This document shows, one piece after another, positions 28,876 through 39,247 of a stretch of 64,000 nt of DNA; the stretch's first letter is position 1, and every line of letters begins with the position of its first letter. The stretch is from an uncultured Spirochaetota bacterium. GTDB lineage: Bacteria > Spirochaetota > Brevinematia > Brevinematales > JAOACQ01. The translations under genes and the position numbers were made by a program. The notes under the pieces were generated by a model, which did no database searches, was not told where the DNA came from, and was given only the letters and a program-made list of their open reading frames with translations. The stretch lies in assembly GCA_963768055.1 (NCBI GenBank), contig CAVYGN010000002.1:544001-608000 (forward strand), written 5' to 3'.

Positions 28876-29802
28876 ATGAAATTTATTTCTTTAATAGTTT
28901 TCATCGTTGTGCAAATTATTTTTATTCCCCTATTTATTATTGGAGGAATTCTCGCTACCATCAACCAATTGCTTGTAAGTAAAAAGTTAGGTGTTTCAGG
29001 CACAGCTATTTCTGCAATCGCTGCAAGGTGGCTCTTGAATGCATATGGCATTAGAAAAGATCCGGCAGCGGCAAAACTATATCGTTCTCTTCCGAACGGT
29101 TCTGAAATGGGATTGTGGCTGCTTCTTTTCCCCAGCTTTCTCCGTTACAAAATATATCCTGCGCAGGAAGAAGCGGGAAAGGAAAGCATCAGCAATGTTG
29201 CTGTTGCCAGGACGCTTTATTTTGATAAAATTATCGATAAATTAAAGAATAAGGTCGAGCAGTTTATCATCATTGGCGCCGGGTATGATACAAGATGCTA
29301 CGGCGATCTGAAAGATAATAATTTTCGGTTTTTCGAACTTGATCAAGTAAAGACACAGAAACTAAAAATAGAATGCTTAAAAAAGGCTGGCATCGATGCA
29401 TCCCATGTTACTTTTATTGATGTGGATTTTTCTACAGAAAAGTGGTATGAGAAACTTGAAAAAGCAGGTTATGATCCGAGCAAAAAATCTATTTTTTTAT
29501 GGGAGGGTGTAACTATCTATCTGTCTGAAAATAATATTAGAAAGATGATAAAAGAGATACAAGGGCATGCCGCATCAGGCAGTGCACTGCTCGTCGATTT
29601 TTATTCAAAAAGATTGGTCGCATTACAAGGTGTAAAAGCTACCAATGAAAAATTTGGATTTGGTTTAGATTTTTCTGTAAACCATGAAAATGTTCTAAAA
29701 ACATTCTTAGAGAGTGAAAATTTAAATTTGGGTGATTTCTATTTTATTGGGCACAAAACAAAAAAAGGGGCCTATGGGGTAGTAACCGAAATCGTTTTAT
29801 AA
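28876..29802 (+). CDS. SAM-dependent methyltransferase (leucine carboxyl methyltransferase-like)
   Basis: ARTLYFD, QFIIIGAGYDTR, FELD, FLWEGVTIYL. Confidence 0.88.
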   Translation: MKFISLIVFIVVQIIFIPLFIIGGILATINQLLVSKKLGVSGTAISAIAARWLLNAYGIRKDPAAAKLYRSLPNGSEMGLWLLLFPSFLRYKIYPAQEEAGKESISNVAVARTLYFDKIIDKLKNKVEQFIIIGAGYDTRCYGDLKDNNFRFFELDQVKTQKLKIECLKKAGIDASHVTFIDVDFSTEKWYEKLEKAGYDPSKKSIFLWEGVTIYLSENNIRKMIKEIQGHAASGSALLVDFYSKRLVALQGVKATNEKFGFGLDFSVNHENVLKTFLESENLNLGDFYFIGHKTKKGAYGVVTEIVL

Positions 29803-29970
29803 GTTATTCAGTCGATTGGCCGGAACCTTGTAATTCCTGATCAGAACTTTCATAACCAAATTTTAATCTGCGGAAATCCTCGCCATAGGTTCTGTGGATA
29901 ATTTAATTCTGCGCCCCCCATTTCAAATGGTGGATCTGTGAAATCTGTGGTTTAACCTGTAAATCTTAAA

Positions 29971-30954
29971 TTACCAAAGCTGGTGTACTGAAGGTTTTAT
30001 ATACTTTTCATATACTTTCAAGACTTCTTTCATCCGCGAGGGCGGAATGGCTTTCAAATCCGCAGCCCTTATATTCTCAAAAACCTGTTCGGGTTTTGAC
30101 GCCCCGGGTATTACGCAGGAAATTTCTTTAAACATGAGTATCCACCTGATCGCCCAGTTTGAGAGTTTACCTTGATTAAATATTTTTTTCAGTTCTTCGA
30201 CGGCCTGAAGGCCGGTTTCATAATCGACTCCTGAAAAAGTTTCACCCCTGTCAAAAGAAGCCCCTTCCCTGTTAAAATTCCTGTGATCCCCGGAACTGAA
30301 TACCGAATTTTTATTGAATTTCCCCGATAAAAGCCCGCTTGCAAGCGGCACTCTTGCCAGAATTCCTACATTTCTTTTCCCCGCTTCTTTAAAAAACAAT
30401 TCGGAAGGCCTGTGCCTGAACATGTTGAAAATTATCTGGACAGCAGTCACGTTAGGGTATTCTATAGCCTTCAGGGCTTCCTCGACCTTTTCAACGCTTA
30501 CTCCCAGATTTAATATCTTGCCCTGCTGTTTTAATTTATCGAACATTACAAAATATTCGGGACGATAATAAATTTCCGTCGGGGGGCAATGAAGCTGGAT
30601 AAGATCGATTGTATCCAACCCCATATTTTTAAGGCTGTCTTCAAGATGTTTTGTCAGTATTTCAGGACTGAAATTCTGAATGACATGGGGTGATATCCTT
30701 CTTCCGCATTTGGTTGCTATATATATCCTTTCCGTTCTTTTTTTTACAATCTTTGCCGCCGCAGCCTCGCTCTGCCCGTCGCTGTAAACATCCGCAGTAT
30801 CAATAAAATTGATCCCGCTATCGATAGCGGCATTGACTGTTTTTTCTGCGAGTTCGAAATTAAACCGTTCTCCCCACCTGCCGCCCAATTGCCATGTCCC
30901 TAGGGATATTTCAGAAACCCTGAACCCGGTCTTACCCAGCATACGAAATTTCAT
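29971..30954 (-). CDS. Aldo/keto reductase
   Basis: LGKTGFRVSEISLGTW, FIDTADVYSDG, IDLIQLH, PLASGLL. Confidence 0.95.
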   Translation of the reverse strand: MKFRMLGKTGFRVSEISLGTWQLGGRWGERFNFELAEKTVNAAIDSGINFIDTADVYSDGQSEAAAAKIVKKRTERIYIATKCGRRISPHVIQNFSPEILTKHLEDSLKNMGLDTIDLIQLHCPPTEIYYRPEYFVMFDKLKQQGKILNLGVSVEKVEEALKAIEYPNVTAVQIIFNMFRHRPSELFFKEAGKRNVGILARVPLASGLLSGKFNKNSVFSSGDHRNFNREGASFDRGETFSGVDYETGLQAVEELKKIFNQGKLSNWAIRWILMFKEISCVIPGASKPEQVFENIRAADLKAIPPSRMKEVLKVYEKYIKPSVHQLW

Positions 30955-30971
30955 AAGAAATACCTCCGGTT

Positions 30972-33323
30972 TTATTCCCTCAACTCTGCGCCGTACTTTT
31001 CTTTAAGCATAATAATAAGTTTTGCCATTATTCCGTTCACTTCCTCATCATTAAGAGTCCCCTCAGAACTCTGGAAAATTATAGAAAATGTAACGCTTTT
31101 TTTATTCTCCCCTATCTGAGGCCCTTTGAAAAGGTCGACAAATTTCACATTTCTTATCAATTCATTGAAGTTCTCTATTTCCAGCATCAGACCCCGCGAA
31201 AGTATTTCATCCTTTACAACAAGGGAAATATCACGGCCGTTTGGAGGAAATTTGCTTATTTCCTTTAAAGTAATTTCCCTGTTCAAAAATTCTTTTAATA
31301 TTGAAGTATCTATTTCGCATATAAAGGCTGGAAACCTCAATCCCAATTTATTGATGATATCCGGATGGACTTCCCCCGCAAATCCTATCGCTTTTCCATC
31401 GGCTAAGGCTTCAGACGAGTTTACAGGGTGGAGAAAAGGCAGTTTTACCTGCTTAAAATCAATCCTGTCTGCACCTGCTTTCAGCATTATATATTCCAAT
31501 ATGCCGGATGCTTTATAATAATCATAATTTTCGCCGAAAAGAACAAATCCCGCTTTTTTTGTTTCCGTATAATTATTTTTTTTCCTATGAAAAGTCCTTC
31601 CTATCTCATAAAAGCGGGCTTCCTCGACATAAGCACTTTTCGCATTATACTCCACGGTTTTAAGAAGCCCGGGGAAGATATAATTTCTCATTAAAGTCGC
31701 ATCGCCGGAGAGAGGGTTCTGCAGTTTCAGAAGATTGTCCTCTGTGCCCATAAATGAAGAAATTTCATTTTCATTTGTAAAACTGAAATTATACGCTTCG
31801 GTAAAACCCTGGCCCCGTAATATCTCCCTTAAAAAATTCTCTTCGTCCTTCCGGTTTATAAGCCCTTCTATATCGATCGGGGGCCTGAACATATTCTGCG
31901 GAATATTATTATATCCATGGATCCTTGCCGCTTCCTCCACGATATCGATAACCCTTGAGATATCAGAACGGTATGTAGGGACCTTTACTTCGAGAGCGTC
32001 TTCCCTCTTTGCCAGTATGGTAAACCTCAATCTTTTCAATATTGATTCAATAGTCCGCAGCGCCATCTTTATTCCAAGTTTTGATGAAACATAATCAGCC
32101 CTTACATTAATAATTTTGTCCTTAAAGATATTGACATATTCATCCCTGACAGGCGATATCTCCGGGGCGCAGGTCATCATGATTATTTCCGTCGCTCTTT
32201 CGATGGCACCGACTGTAATTCCCCAATCTGCGGTTCTTTCAAAACGATAGGAAGCCTCTGTCCGCAGGCCCAATTTTTTCGCAGTCTTACGGATCGAAAC
32301 AGGGTCAAAATATGCGCTTTCAAGAAGAATATCAACGCTTTCAGGAAGTACATGGCTGTTCTCGCCGCCCATAATCCCTGCAATCGCGACAGGCTTTCTC
32401 CCATCGGCTATGATTAGCATGGAATCGTCAATTTCACGCGGTATTCCATCAAGTGTTTTAATCTTTTCGTCCTTTTCAGCCCTCCTTACGATGATTCGAT
32501 GCTCTTCAAGCCTTTCGATATCAAAGGCATGCATCGGATGGCCGATTTCAAGGAGTACGTAATTGGTGGCATCTACAATATTGTTTATAGCCCTGATGCC
32601 GCAGAGTTCAAGCTTTCTTTTCAACCAATCCGGAGATTCTTTGACCTTGATCCCCTTAAGAATCCTGGCGGAATATCTTGGGCAGAGGTTCTTCTCTTCT
32701 ATAGTAATATCAGGAATTTCTTTAATATTTTCGGGTATGGCCTTACTTGGAATTCGCAGATCCTTATCAAGCATCGCCGCGACCTCCCTCGCTATGCCAA
32801 TGACTGAAAGACAATCCGAACGGTTAGATGTAAGTTCAATTTCAAAAAGATAATCTTCCTCGGAATAAATTTCAAAGAGTGTTCTGGCCTTTTTTTCATC
32901 CTTTCCTAAAATCCATATATCCTGGCTTTTTTCTTCCAGGGCCAGGTGTTCCCTTGCAATGATCATTCCTTCCGATTTTTCACCCTTTATCAGGGCGTCT
33001 TTGATAACAAGGCCGTTAGGCAGCGTTGTACCGGGGAGTGAGATCACTATATAATGCCCCTTTTCAAGGACTTTGCTGTTTGTAATAATGTCATATGTAT
33101 TCCTGGCGGCGCTTACCGTCGCTATAACCAGGTTTTCCGCCTGGGGATGGGCCTTCAAATCCATGACACGCGCCAGGAGAATATTATTTATATTATCAGG
33201 ACTTATTCCGACCCTTTTAATTCCTGTGACCTCAGGACCGACCGCTGTCAATTTCTGGGCTAATTCCTCGGCTGGAATATCTATTGTCACAAATTCTTTC
33301 AGCCAGTTATATGTAACTCTCAT
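30972..33323 (-). CDS. pheT: Phenylalanine-tRNA ligase beta subunit
   Basis: NRSDCLSVIGIARE, INNIVDATNYV, EASYRFERT, C-terminal anticodon-binding domain. Confidence 0.97.
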   Translation of the reverse strand: MRVTYNWLKEFVTIDIPAEELAQKLTAVGPEVTGIKRVGISPDNINNILLARVMDLKAHPQAENLVIATVSAARNTYDIITNSKVLEKGHYIVISLPGTTLPNGLVIKDALIKGEKSEGMIIAREHLALEEKSQDIWILGKDEKKARTLFEIYSEEDYLFEIELTSNRSDCLSVIGIAREVAAMLDKDLRIPSKAIPENIKEIPDITIEEKNLCPRYSARILKGIKVKESPDWLKRKLELCGIRAINNIVDATNYVLLEIGHPMHAFDIERLEEHRIIVRRAEKDEKIKTLDGIPREIDDSMLIIADGRKPVAIAGIMGGENSHVLPESVDILLESAYFDPVSIRKTAKKLGLRTEASYRFERTADWGITVGAIERATEIIMMTCAPEISPVRDEYVNIFKDKIINVRADYVSSKLGIKMALRTIESILKRLRFTILAKREDALEVKVPTYRSDISRVIDIVEEAARIHGYNNIPQNMFRPPIDIEGLINRKDEENFLREILRGQGFTEAYNFSFTNENEISSFMGTEDNLLKLQNPLSGDATLMRNYIFPGLLKTVEYNAKSAYVEEARFYEIGRTFHRKKNNYTETKKAGFVLFGENYDYYKASGILEYIMLKAGADRIDFKQVKLPFLHPVNSSEALADGKAIGFAGEVHPDIINKLGLRFPAFICEIDTSILKEFLNREITLKEISKFPPNGRDISLVVKDEILSRGLMLEIENFNELIRNVKFVDLFKGPQIGENKKSVTFSIIFQSSEGTLNDEEVNGIMAKLIIMLKEKYGAELRE

Positions 33324-33331
33324 ATTTCCCC

Positions 33332-34372
33332 CTATTTAACAAACTGAGATAAAAGCCGCATATCGTTTTCATAAAACTGGCGGATGTCCTTAATACCATA
33401 AACAGTCATTGCAACCCTTTCGATTCCAAGCCCGAACGCAAATCCGGAATAAATATCCGGGTTAATACCGCAGTTTTCGAGGACTATGGGGTCTACCAGC
33501 CCGCATCCCATCAATTCAACCCAACCTGTTTGTTTGCAGACGCCGCATTTTTTCCCATGACAGACAGGGCAGGTGACCGCAAGTTCGGCTGAAGGTTCGG
33601 TAAATGGAAAATAATCGGGTCTTAAGCGGATATTTGTCGTTTCTCCAAACATGAGCTTCGCCCAGAGAAGCAGCGTCCCCTTGAGATCGGCAAAAGTTAT
33701 CCCTTTATCTACAACAAGCCCCTCCATCTGGTAAAAATTCGGGGAATGGGTAGCGTCGACCGAATCTCTCCTGTAGCACCTCCCGGGAACTACTATGGCG
33801 ATCGGGGGCTTTTTGGATTTCATTGTCCTTATCTGTACAGGGGACGTATGGGTCCTTAAAAGCTTAGACGTGCTGAAATAGAAAGAATCATGACTGTCCC
33901 TCGCCGGATGATGGGCCGGCATGTTCAACGCATCAAAATTATAATACTCTTCTTCCATCTCGGGGCCGTCTGCCACGCTATATCCCATACTTTTAAAAAT
34001 ATTGACCATCCTGTCAAGGACAATTGTAAGCGGATGATAGTATCCCTGGGCCGGCACGCTTTTAGGCAAAGAGACATCCAGGACTCCGGTCTTGAGCCTT
34101 TCTTCCCTGTCTTTCTTTTCTATCAATGCTTGTGAAATATCCAGCAGCCGGCCTATCTCGTCCTTTACCTCATTAGCGATTTTACCGAATTCCTTCCTTT
34201 CTTCACCGCTTAAATCTCCCAGTCTGGAAAGGATATCTTTCAGAATACCCTTTTTTCCGAGATATTTTATTCTGAGTTCATCAATTGTCTTAGGATCGGT
34301 CACTCCCGTCAATTCCCGGTTCGCCTCATCCCTGATCCTGAGTAATTCGTCCTTCATATCCAATATCTCCAT
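33332..34372 (-). CDS. pheS: Phenylalanine-tRNA ligase alpha subunit
   Basis: HPARD, LLRTHTSPVQ, YFPFTEPS, GFAFGLGIER. Confidence 0.98.
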   Translation of the reverse strand: MEILDMKDELLRIRDEANRELTGVTDPKTIDELRIKYLGKKGILKDILSRLGDLSGEERKEFGKIANEVKDEIGRLLDISQALIEKKDREERLKTGVLDVSLPKSVPAQGYYHPLTIVLDRMVNIFKSMGYSVADGPEMEEEYYNFDALNMPAHHPARDSHDSFYFSTSKLLRTHTSPVQIRTMKSKKPPIAIVVPGRCYRRDSVDATHSPNFYQMEGLVVDKGITFADLKGTLLLWAKLMFGETTNIRLRPDYFPFTEPSAELAVTCPVCHGKKCGVCKQTGWVELMGCGLVDPIVLENCGINPDIYSGFAFGLGIERVAMTVYGIKDIRQFYENDMRLLSQFVK

Positions 34373-34449
34373 AAAAAAACATGAATCATTTTAAGTTAAA
34401 AAAGGAATTATTACAATAAGGAACGATCGTCAGAAAAGGAGGCCATTTT

Positions 34450-34713
34450 GGGTCTGTTCAAACAACATTCTTCTGGATGAAGTCAATTTTTATCGAGCAG
34501 GACTCAAGAGTTCAAGCCCCCACAGATGACAAACTGATGGGGAGTTCAAAACAGCTACAAGTGCTGATTGAATACTTTTTTATAATGAAAATCTATTATT
34601 ATCTATATGAATCAACTAGAAAAAGAGAGGCCTGGTAAAGCACTTGCTAACGCTGTTTTTCACAGACGGTTTTACACTCTCTTCGTAAGACTCGATAAAA
34701 ATTGCTTCATCCA
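34450..34713 (+). repeat. Rod-like hairpin repeat element, copy B
   Basis: TGGATGAAGTCAATTTTTATCGAG (34474-34497) / CTCGATAAAAATTGCTTCATCCA (34691-34713); inner stems homologous to copy A. Confidence 0.8.
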
Positions 34714-34782
34714 TTAAGTATTTTGTTTTGAATCAGTAGAAAAGGACGGGGATTTTCTTACCAACATTTTTTAGCGCCATAT

Positions 34783-34907
34783 TTCTTTATCAAAAAAGCA
34801 TTCAATCAAACGCTTGCAGCCGTTTTGAGATGATGCAGTTCAAGTTTTCTGAATCAGGCGAGCTAAAAATTGACTCCATGCAATATGAATATTGCTTGAA
34901 CGGCCCC
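34783..34907 (-). repeat. Rod-like hairpin repeat element, half copy C (5' arm, inverted)
   Basis: The reverse complement shares GAAAACTTGAACTGCATCATCTCAAAACGGC with 57210-57240; it begins at the leuD stop codon. Confidence 0.8.
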
Positions 34908-35431
34908 TAATACTTCTTATCGGCATACTCCAGCCAGCCGCCTGCTTTGACAAGTTCGGCATCGAAAGGGTCAAGCTCGAATTGTATGGTATCTGAAGAC
35001 CCGCCGCTCTCAACCGTTAAAACGTGTTTATCGATATCTATCTTTACCGAAGCTTCTTTCGAATAGTATCTATCGAAAATCTTATCTATGGCCGATCCGG
35101 GAAGTTCGATCGCCAGCATTCCGCAGTTAAACATATTCTGCCTGAATATGCGGGCGAAGCTTTCAGCAATCACTGCGGTTATGCCGTTGACTTCAAGGGC
35201 CCATGGAGCATGTTCCCTGGATGAACCGCAGCCGAAGTCGGACCTGGCAATGATAACCCCTTTCCCCGGCAGATCTTTTTTCTGATCAAAGCCCTCAAGT
35301 TTTAAGTCTTCAAGACAGAAAGGTTTTAAAGCTTCCTTTGTAATCTCAGAAAGATATTTCGCAGGGATAATCTCGTCTGTATTAATGTCATTTTTATTTA
35401 AAAAGAGGATTTTTCCGCCGAATGTTTTCAT
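34907..35431 (-). CDS. leuD: Isopropylmalate dehydratase / aconitase-family small subunit
   Basis: DINTDEIIPAKYL, FGCGSSREHAPWAL, ESFARIF. Confidence 0.88.
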   Translation of the reverse strand: MKTFGGKILFLNKNDINTDEIIPAKYLSEITKEALKPFCLEDLKLEGFDQKKDLPGKGVIIARSDFGCGSSREHAPWALEVNGITAVIAESFARIFRQNMFNCGMLAIELPGSAIDKIFDRYYSKEASVKIDIDKHVLTVESGGSSDTIQFELDPFDAELVKAGGWLEYADKKY

Positions 35432-35449
35432 ATTTACTCCTAAAATTTT

Positions 35450-36736
35450 TTATCCCTTATACAGGGGAGAATTCGTAATACTGCCGCTCAACGCCGTTGC
35501 GGCTGCCGTTGCCGGGCTCATTAAATGCACCATTCCCCCCTTTCCCATCCGCCCATAGAAATTACGGTTAGTTGTCGATGCACAGACTTCCCCGCTTGCG
35601 AGTACGCCATTGGACATGCCCAGACATGCTCCGCAGGTCGGATTCGTTATACAGAAACCCGCTTCGGCAAAGATTTCAATAATACCATGTTTTAAAGCTT
35701 CCGTATATACCCGCGGCGTCGCAGGAGAGAGGATTCCCCTCAATCCCTTTGCGATCTTATTGCCCTTAAGGATTTTCGCAGCTTCGATTAAATCTTCGAG
35801 CCTGCCGTTTGTACAACTGCCGATATAGACCTGGTCAACCGGGGTCCCTTCCATTTCCCCGACCGTTTTGACCTGATCGGGCTTATAACCGTAAGTCACC
35901 ATCGGCTCGAGCTTTCCAAGATCAAACTCGATCGATTTTTCATATTCCGCATCTTTGTCGGAAATCCATCCCGAATATTCCTTCAGGGCTTTTTCCTTTG
36001 TCGGATAAGAATCCTTTATAAACTCCCATAAATATTCAACAGTGGTCATATCAGGATTACATATCCCGCTTGTACCCCCCGCTTCGACAGCCATATTGCA
36101 GAGAGTCATTCTCGATTCCATTGACATTCTATCCACTATAGGACCGGTGAATTCCATAACCATATCCGTAGCTCCGCTGACCCCTATCTGTGAAATAATA
36201 TAAAGAATAACATCTTTCGCAAACACTCCTTCCCGGAGATTTCCATTCAACGAAAACCGTATAGTTTTGGGATATTTAAACGCGCTAATCCCCTTCAGAA
36301 TACCCACTTCGAGATCCGTTGTGCCGACCCCGGCGGCAAAAGCCCCGAATGCGCCATGAGTACAGGTATGAGAATCCCCCATTATAACGGTATAACCCGG
36401 TCTTACAAAACCTTTCTCGGGAAACAGGGCATGGCAGACTCCATTGGAGCCTATGTCGAAGAAATCCTTTATGCCGTTTCTTCTCGCCCAGTCTCGTAAA
36501 ATTTTCCCCTGTTCGGCTGTTTTAGAGTCCTTAGCCGGAGTGACATGATCGATCACAGCCTTAATCCTGTCCGGATCGAATACCCTGTCTTTACCCCTGG
36601 CCATCAAGTCCGTTATAGCTATCGGCGTTGTTATTTCATGGCAGAAGACAACGTCAAGTTTAAGAATAAAGATTTCTTCAAACGGCTTGTCGAGAAGATG
36701 CGCATCAAAAATCTTTTCGGCAATTGTTCTTCCCAT
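35450..36736 (-). CDS. leuC: Isopropylmalate dehydratase / aconitase-family large subunit
   Basis: GDSHTCTHGAFG, IGSCTNGR, CGACLG, STTNRNF. Confidence 0.88.
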   Translation of the reverse strand: MGRTIAEKIFDAHLLDKPFEEIFILKLDVVFCHEITTPIAITDLMARGKDRVFDPDRIKAVIDHVTPAKDSKTAEQGKILRDWARRNGIKDFFDIGSNGVCHALFPEKGFVRPGYTVIMGDSHTCTHGAFGAFAAGVGTTDLEVGILKGISAFKYPKTIRFSLNGNLREGVFAKDVILYIISQIGVSGATDMVMEFTGPIVDRMSMESRMTLCNMAVEAGGTSGICNPDMTTVEYLWEFIKDSYPTKEKALKEYSGWISDKDAEYEKSIEFDLGKLEPMVTYGYKPDQVKTVGEMEGTPVDQVYIGSCTNGRLEDLIEAAKILKGNKIAKGLRGILSPATPRVYTEALKHGIIEIFAEAGFCITNPTCGACLGMSNGVLASGEVCASTTNRNFYGRMGKGGMVHLMSPATAAATALSGSITNSPLYKG

Positions 36737-36747
36737 ATCAATCCTCC

Positions 36748-37317
36748 TTATTTTCCAAATATCATTTTAGGCGGAGTTGCCACCCAGAAAGCCTTCAGGG
36801 TTCCATTTCCCGAATTTTTTAATACATGAGGCGAATCGGATGAAAAAGATATGCTGTCACCCTCGTTAAGCGGGAAAGATTTTTTCCCGATTTCAAACTC
36901 CCCTTTCCCCTCGATTATTACCCCAAGTTCATGGCCTATGTGGCCATATTCCGGACTGCCCTTTTCACCGCCGGGTTCAATTTCAAGATAATACGCCTCA
37001 ATAGCATGTTCCTCGCCTATGCCTGCGGTATGTGATAATTGCTCGTATTTTGTGCCCTCAATTATTGTCATTCTGCGTTCCTGTTTTCTTACAATATTAA
37101 CGTTCCTTTCTTTTTTATAATCGATGAACAGATATTCCAGGTCGATATTTAATATATCAACTATTGAGAGCAGGGTGTCCAGAGCCGGGGATATCCTGTT
37201 CCGCTCGATCTGGGAGATCAGGCTTTCGCTTAAACCGGCGCGATGCGCTACCTCTTTCATTGTAATGCCCTTTCTTTCCCTTACTTCTCTGATTTTATCA
37301 CCGAACGGATATTTCAT
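36748..37317 (-). CDS. XRE-family HTH / cupin transcriptional regulator
   Basis: GLSESLISQIERN HTH followed by a cupin (GHIGHE, GDSISF...PH). Confidence 0.92.
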   Translation of the reverse strand: MKYPFGDKIREVRERKGITMKEVAHRAGLSESLISQIERNRISPALDTLLSIVDILNIDLEYLFIDYKKERNVNIVRKQERRMTIIEGTKYEQLSHTAGIGEEHAIEAYYLEIEPGGEKGSPEYGHIGHELGVIIEGKGEFEIGKKSFPLNEGDSISFSSDSPHVLKNSGNGTLKAFWVATPPKMIFGK

Positions 37318-37348
37318 ATCGATACCCCTGAAAAATAATTAATCCTCA

Positions 37349-37390
37349 ATTAAGTATATTAAGTATATATTAAGTTTCGGCTCATGTCAA
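37349..37390 (-). promoter_or_regulatory. sigma70 promoter of the XRE-leuCD operon overlapped by TTAAGT(AT) direct repeats (possible operator)
   Basis: Minus-strand TTGACA (37390-37385)-N17-TATACT (37367-37362); TTAAGT at 37350, 37359 and 37370. Confidence 0.6.
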
Positions 37391-37482
37391 TATACTATTT
37401 AATTTATTTCTTTTTTTCACCTTGTCAATTAATAAAATTTTGATTAGGTTGAATTATGAATAGCAGACATGAGGAGAAAAAT

Positions 37483-38190
37483 ATGAAGATTCCATTAATG
37501 GAAGCAGGATTTATCCTGGGGTTATTATCGGTTATCCTGGTTCTTGTCTCAGGACCCGGAACAAGGATAGGATTATATCCTTTTACGGCCGGGCTTCTTA
37601 TCATCTTCATCGGGTCTTTGACCGGGCTGGCGGCTATAATCGCCTCAATTATAAGAATATTTTCAGGCCCCAAAGATCCAGTCGTAACAGTAGCCGGGCT
37701 TATATTCGGAGTAATATCATTCGGAATAATCGCTATAAGTTTATGGAATGCCAGAAACGCTCCCGCTATCCATGACATTTCCACAGATACAATAAATCCA
37801 CCCAAGTTTTTTAAAGTCCTGCCGCTGAGAAAAAACGCCCTTAATCCCGTCGAATACGGCGGTCCTGACGTGGCGAAGAAACAGATCTCGGCTTTTCCTG
37901 ACATAAAATCAATCCACCTTGAACTTTCCCCGGATGAAGCGTTTAATAAAGCTTTAAGCGCCGCTCTCAAATTGAAATGGAAAATAGTCGATCAAAATAA
38001 GGATGAGGGCAGGATTGAAGCCTTTGACACAACCCTCTGGTTCGGCTTCAAGGATGATATAGTAATAAGGATAGCGCATGAAAATAAAGGAGCAATTGTA
38101 GATATCCGGTCCCTTTCCAGGGTAGGGTTAGGCGACATGGGCACCAACGCACGCCGGGTGAGGATGTTCATCAAGCTGATGAATTCCTGA
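37483..38190 (+). CDS. DUF1499 family protein
   Basis: Three TM helices, then PAIHDISTD..NPP, IEAFDTTLWFGFKDDIVIRI, DIRSLSRVG.GDMG.NARR. Confidence 0.85.
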   Translation: MKIPLMEAGFILGLLSVILVLVSGPGTRIGLYPFTAGLLIIFIGSLTGLAAIIASIIRIFSGPKDPVVTVAGLIFGVISFGIIAISLWNARNAPAIHDISTDTINPPKFFKVLPLRKNALNPVEYGGPDVAKKQISAFPDIKSIHLELSPDEAFNKALSAALKLKWKIVDQNKDEGRIEAFDTTLWFGFKDDIVIRIAHENKGAIVDIRSLSRVGLGDMGTNARRVRMFIKLMNS

Positions 38191-38346
38191 TGGGGCCTCT
38201 ATTCACTGTCATTTTTCCTTTAAAAACCCATTAATCATTAACATGCGCTGAAAAAATATTTATTATATTTTACTTGCCTATAAAGAAGGGTTTAAATATA
38301 TTTAATAATGCGTTTTTTACATAATAAGAAATAAAAGGAGGTAAAC

Positions 38347-38763
38347 ATGCCTATAATTATGCATCTTAATTATTTAGCGGTAATTGTCGCGGCAATAGTC
38401 TATTTTATTATTGGATTTTTCTGGTATAGCCCGATGCTTCTAGGCAATATCTGGGCAAAAGAAGTTGACATCAAAAGAAGCGGTTCGGCAATGCCCGTCA
38501 TGCCAATGATCGGCCAGTTCATAGCCGCGGTAATATACGCTGCGGGGGTTGCGATTATAGTATCGCTTCTAGGAAGCGTCGGATCAAAAATGGGATTCAT
38601 GACCGGCATCAAGGCAGCTCTGATAACTATTGTATTTTTTATTCTCCCTGCGAATTCGAGCACATGGTTTTTTAAGGGCAAACCGGTATTGTTCTTTATT
38701 GAATGGGGATATCAATCCATTGGGGCTCTTGTCATAGGTATAATCATGAGTATCTGGAGATAG
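38347..38763 (+). CDS. DUF1761 family membrane protein
   Basis: NYLAVIVAAI..F.IG..WYSP.L.G..W. Confidence 0.8.
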   Translation: MPIIMHLNYLAVIVAAIVYFIIGFFWYSPMLLGNIWAKEVDIKRSGSAMPVMPMIGQFIAAVIYAAGVAIIVSLLGSVGSKMGFMTGIKAALITIVFFILPANSSTWFFKGKPVLFFIEWGYQSIGALVIGIIMSIWR

Positions 38764-38772
38764 GAGGATACA

Positions 38773-39243
38773 ATGAAGGGGAACAAAGACCTTATAGCTA
38801 CGCTGAATTCGCTACTGGCCGATGAACTTACGGCCGTAAATCAGTATATGGTCCATGCAGAAATCTCCGAAAATTGGGGCTATGAAAAACTCGGGAATCA
38901 TTTTCAAATGCGCGCAATCGATGAAATGAAACATGCCGAAAAACTGATCGGCAGGATAATATTTCTTGAAGGCATGCCTGTTGTATCAAACTACAGGGAG
39001 ATCAGGATCGGTGCCGAAATACCCAAACAGCTTGAAAACGATCATTCCCTTGAAGATGGTGCCGTCAAGGCTTATAATATTGCAATAAAGCAGGCGGGCG
39101 ATGTTGCCGATTACGCGACCAGGGAAATTCTTGAAAAGATCCTGAATGACGAGGACAGGCATATAGACGAAATAGAAAATCTGCAGGACCAGATCGAACA
39201 TATGGGGCTCCCTGTTTTCCTGACCACACAGGTTAAGGCATAG
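38773..39243 (+). CDS. bfr: Bacterioferritin
   Basis: ELTAVNQY..H, IDEMKHAEKLI.RI.FLEG.P, DEDRH. Confidence 0.95.
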   Translation: MKGNKDLIATLNSLLADELTAVNQYMVHAEISENWGYEKLGNHFQMRAIDEMKHAEKLIGRIIFLEGMPVVSNYREIRIGAEIPKQLENDHSLEDGAVKAYNIAIKQAGDVADYATREILEKILNDEDRHIDEIENLQDQIEHMGLPVFLTTQVKA

Positions 39244-39247
39244 CAGT

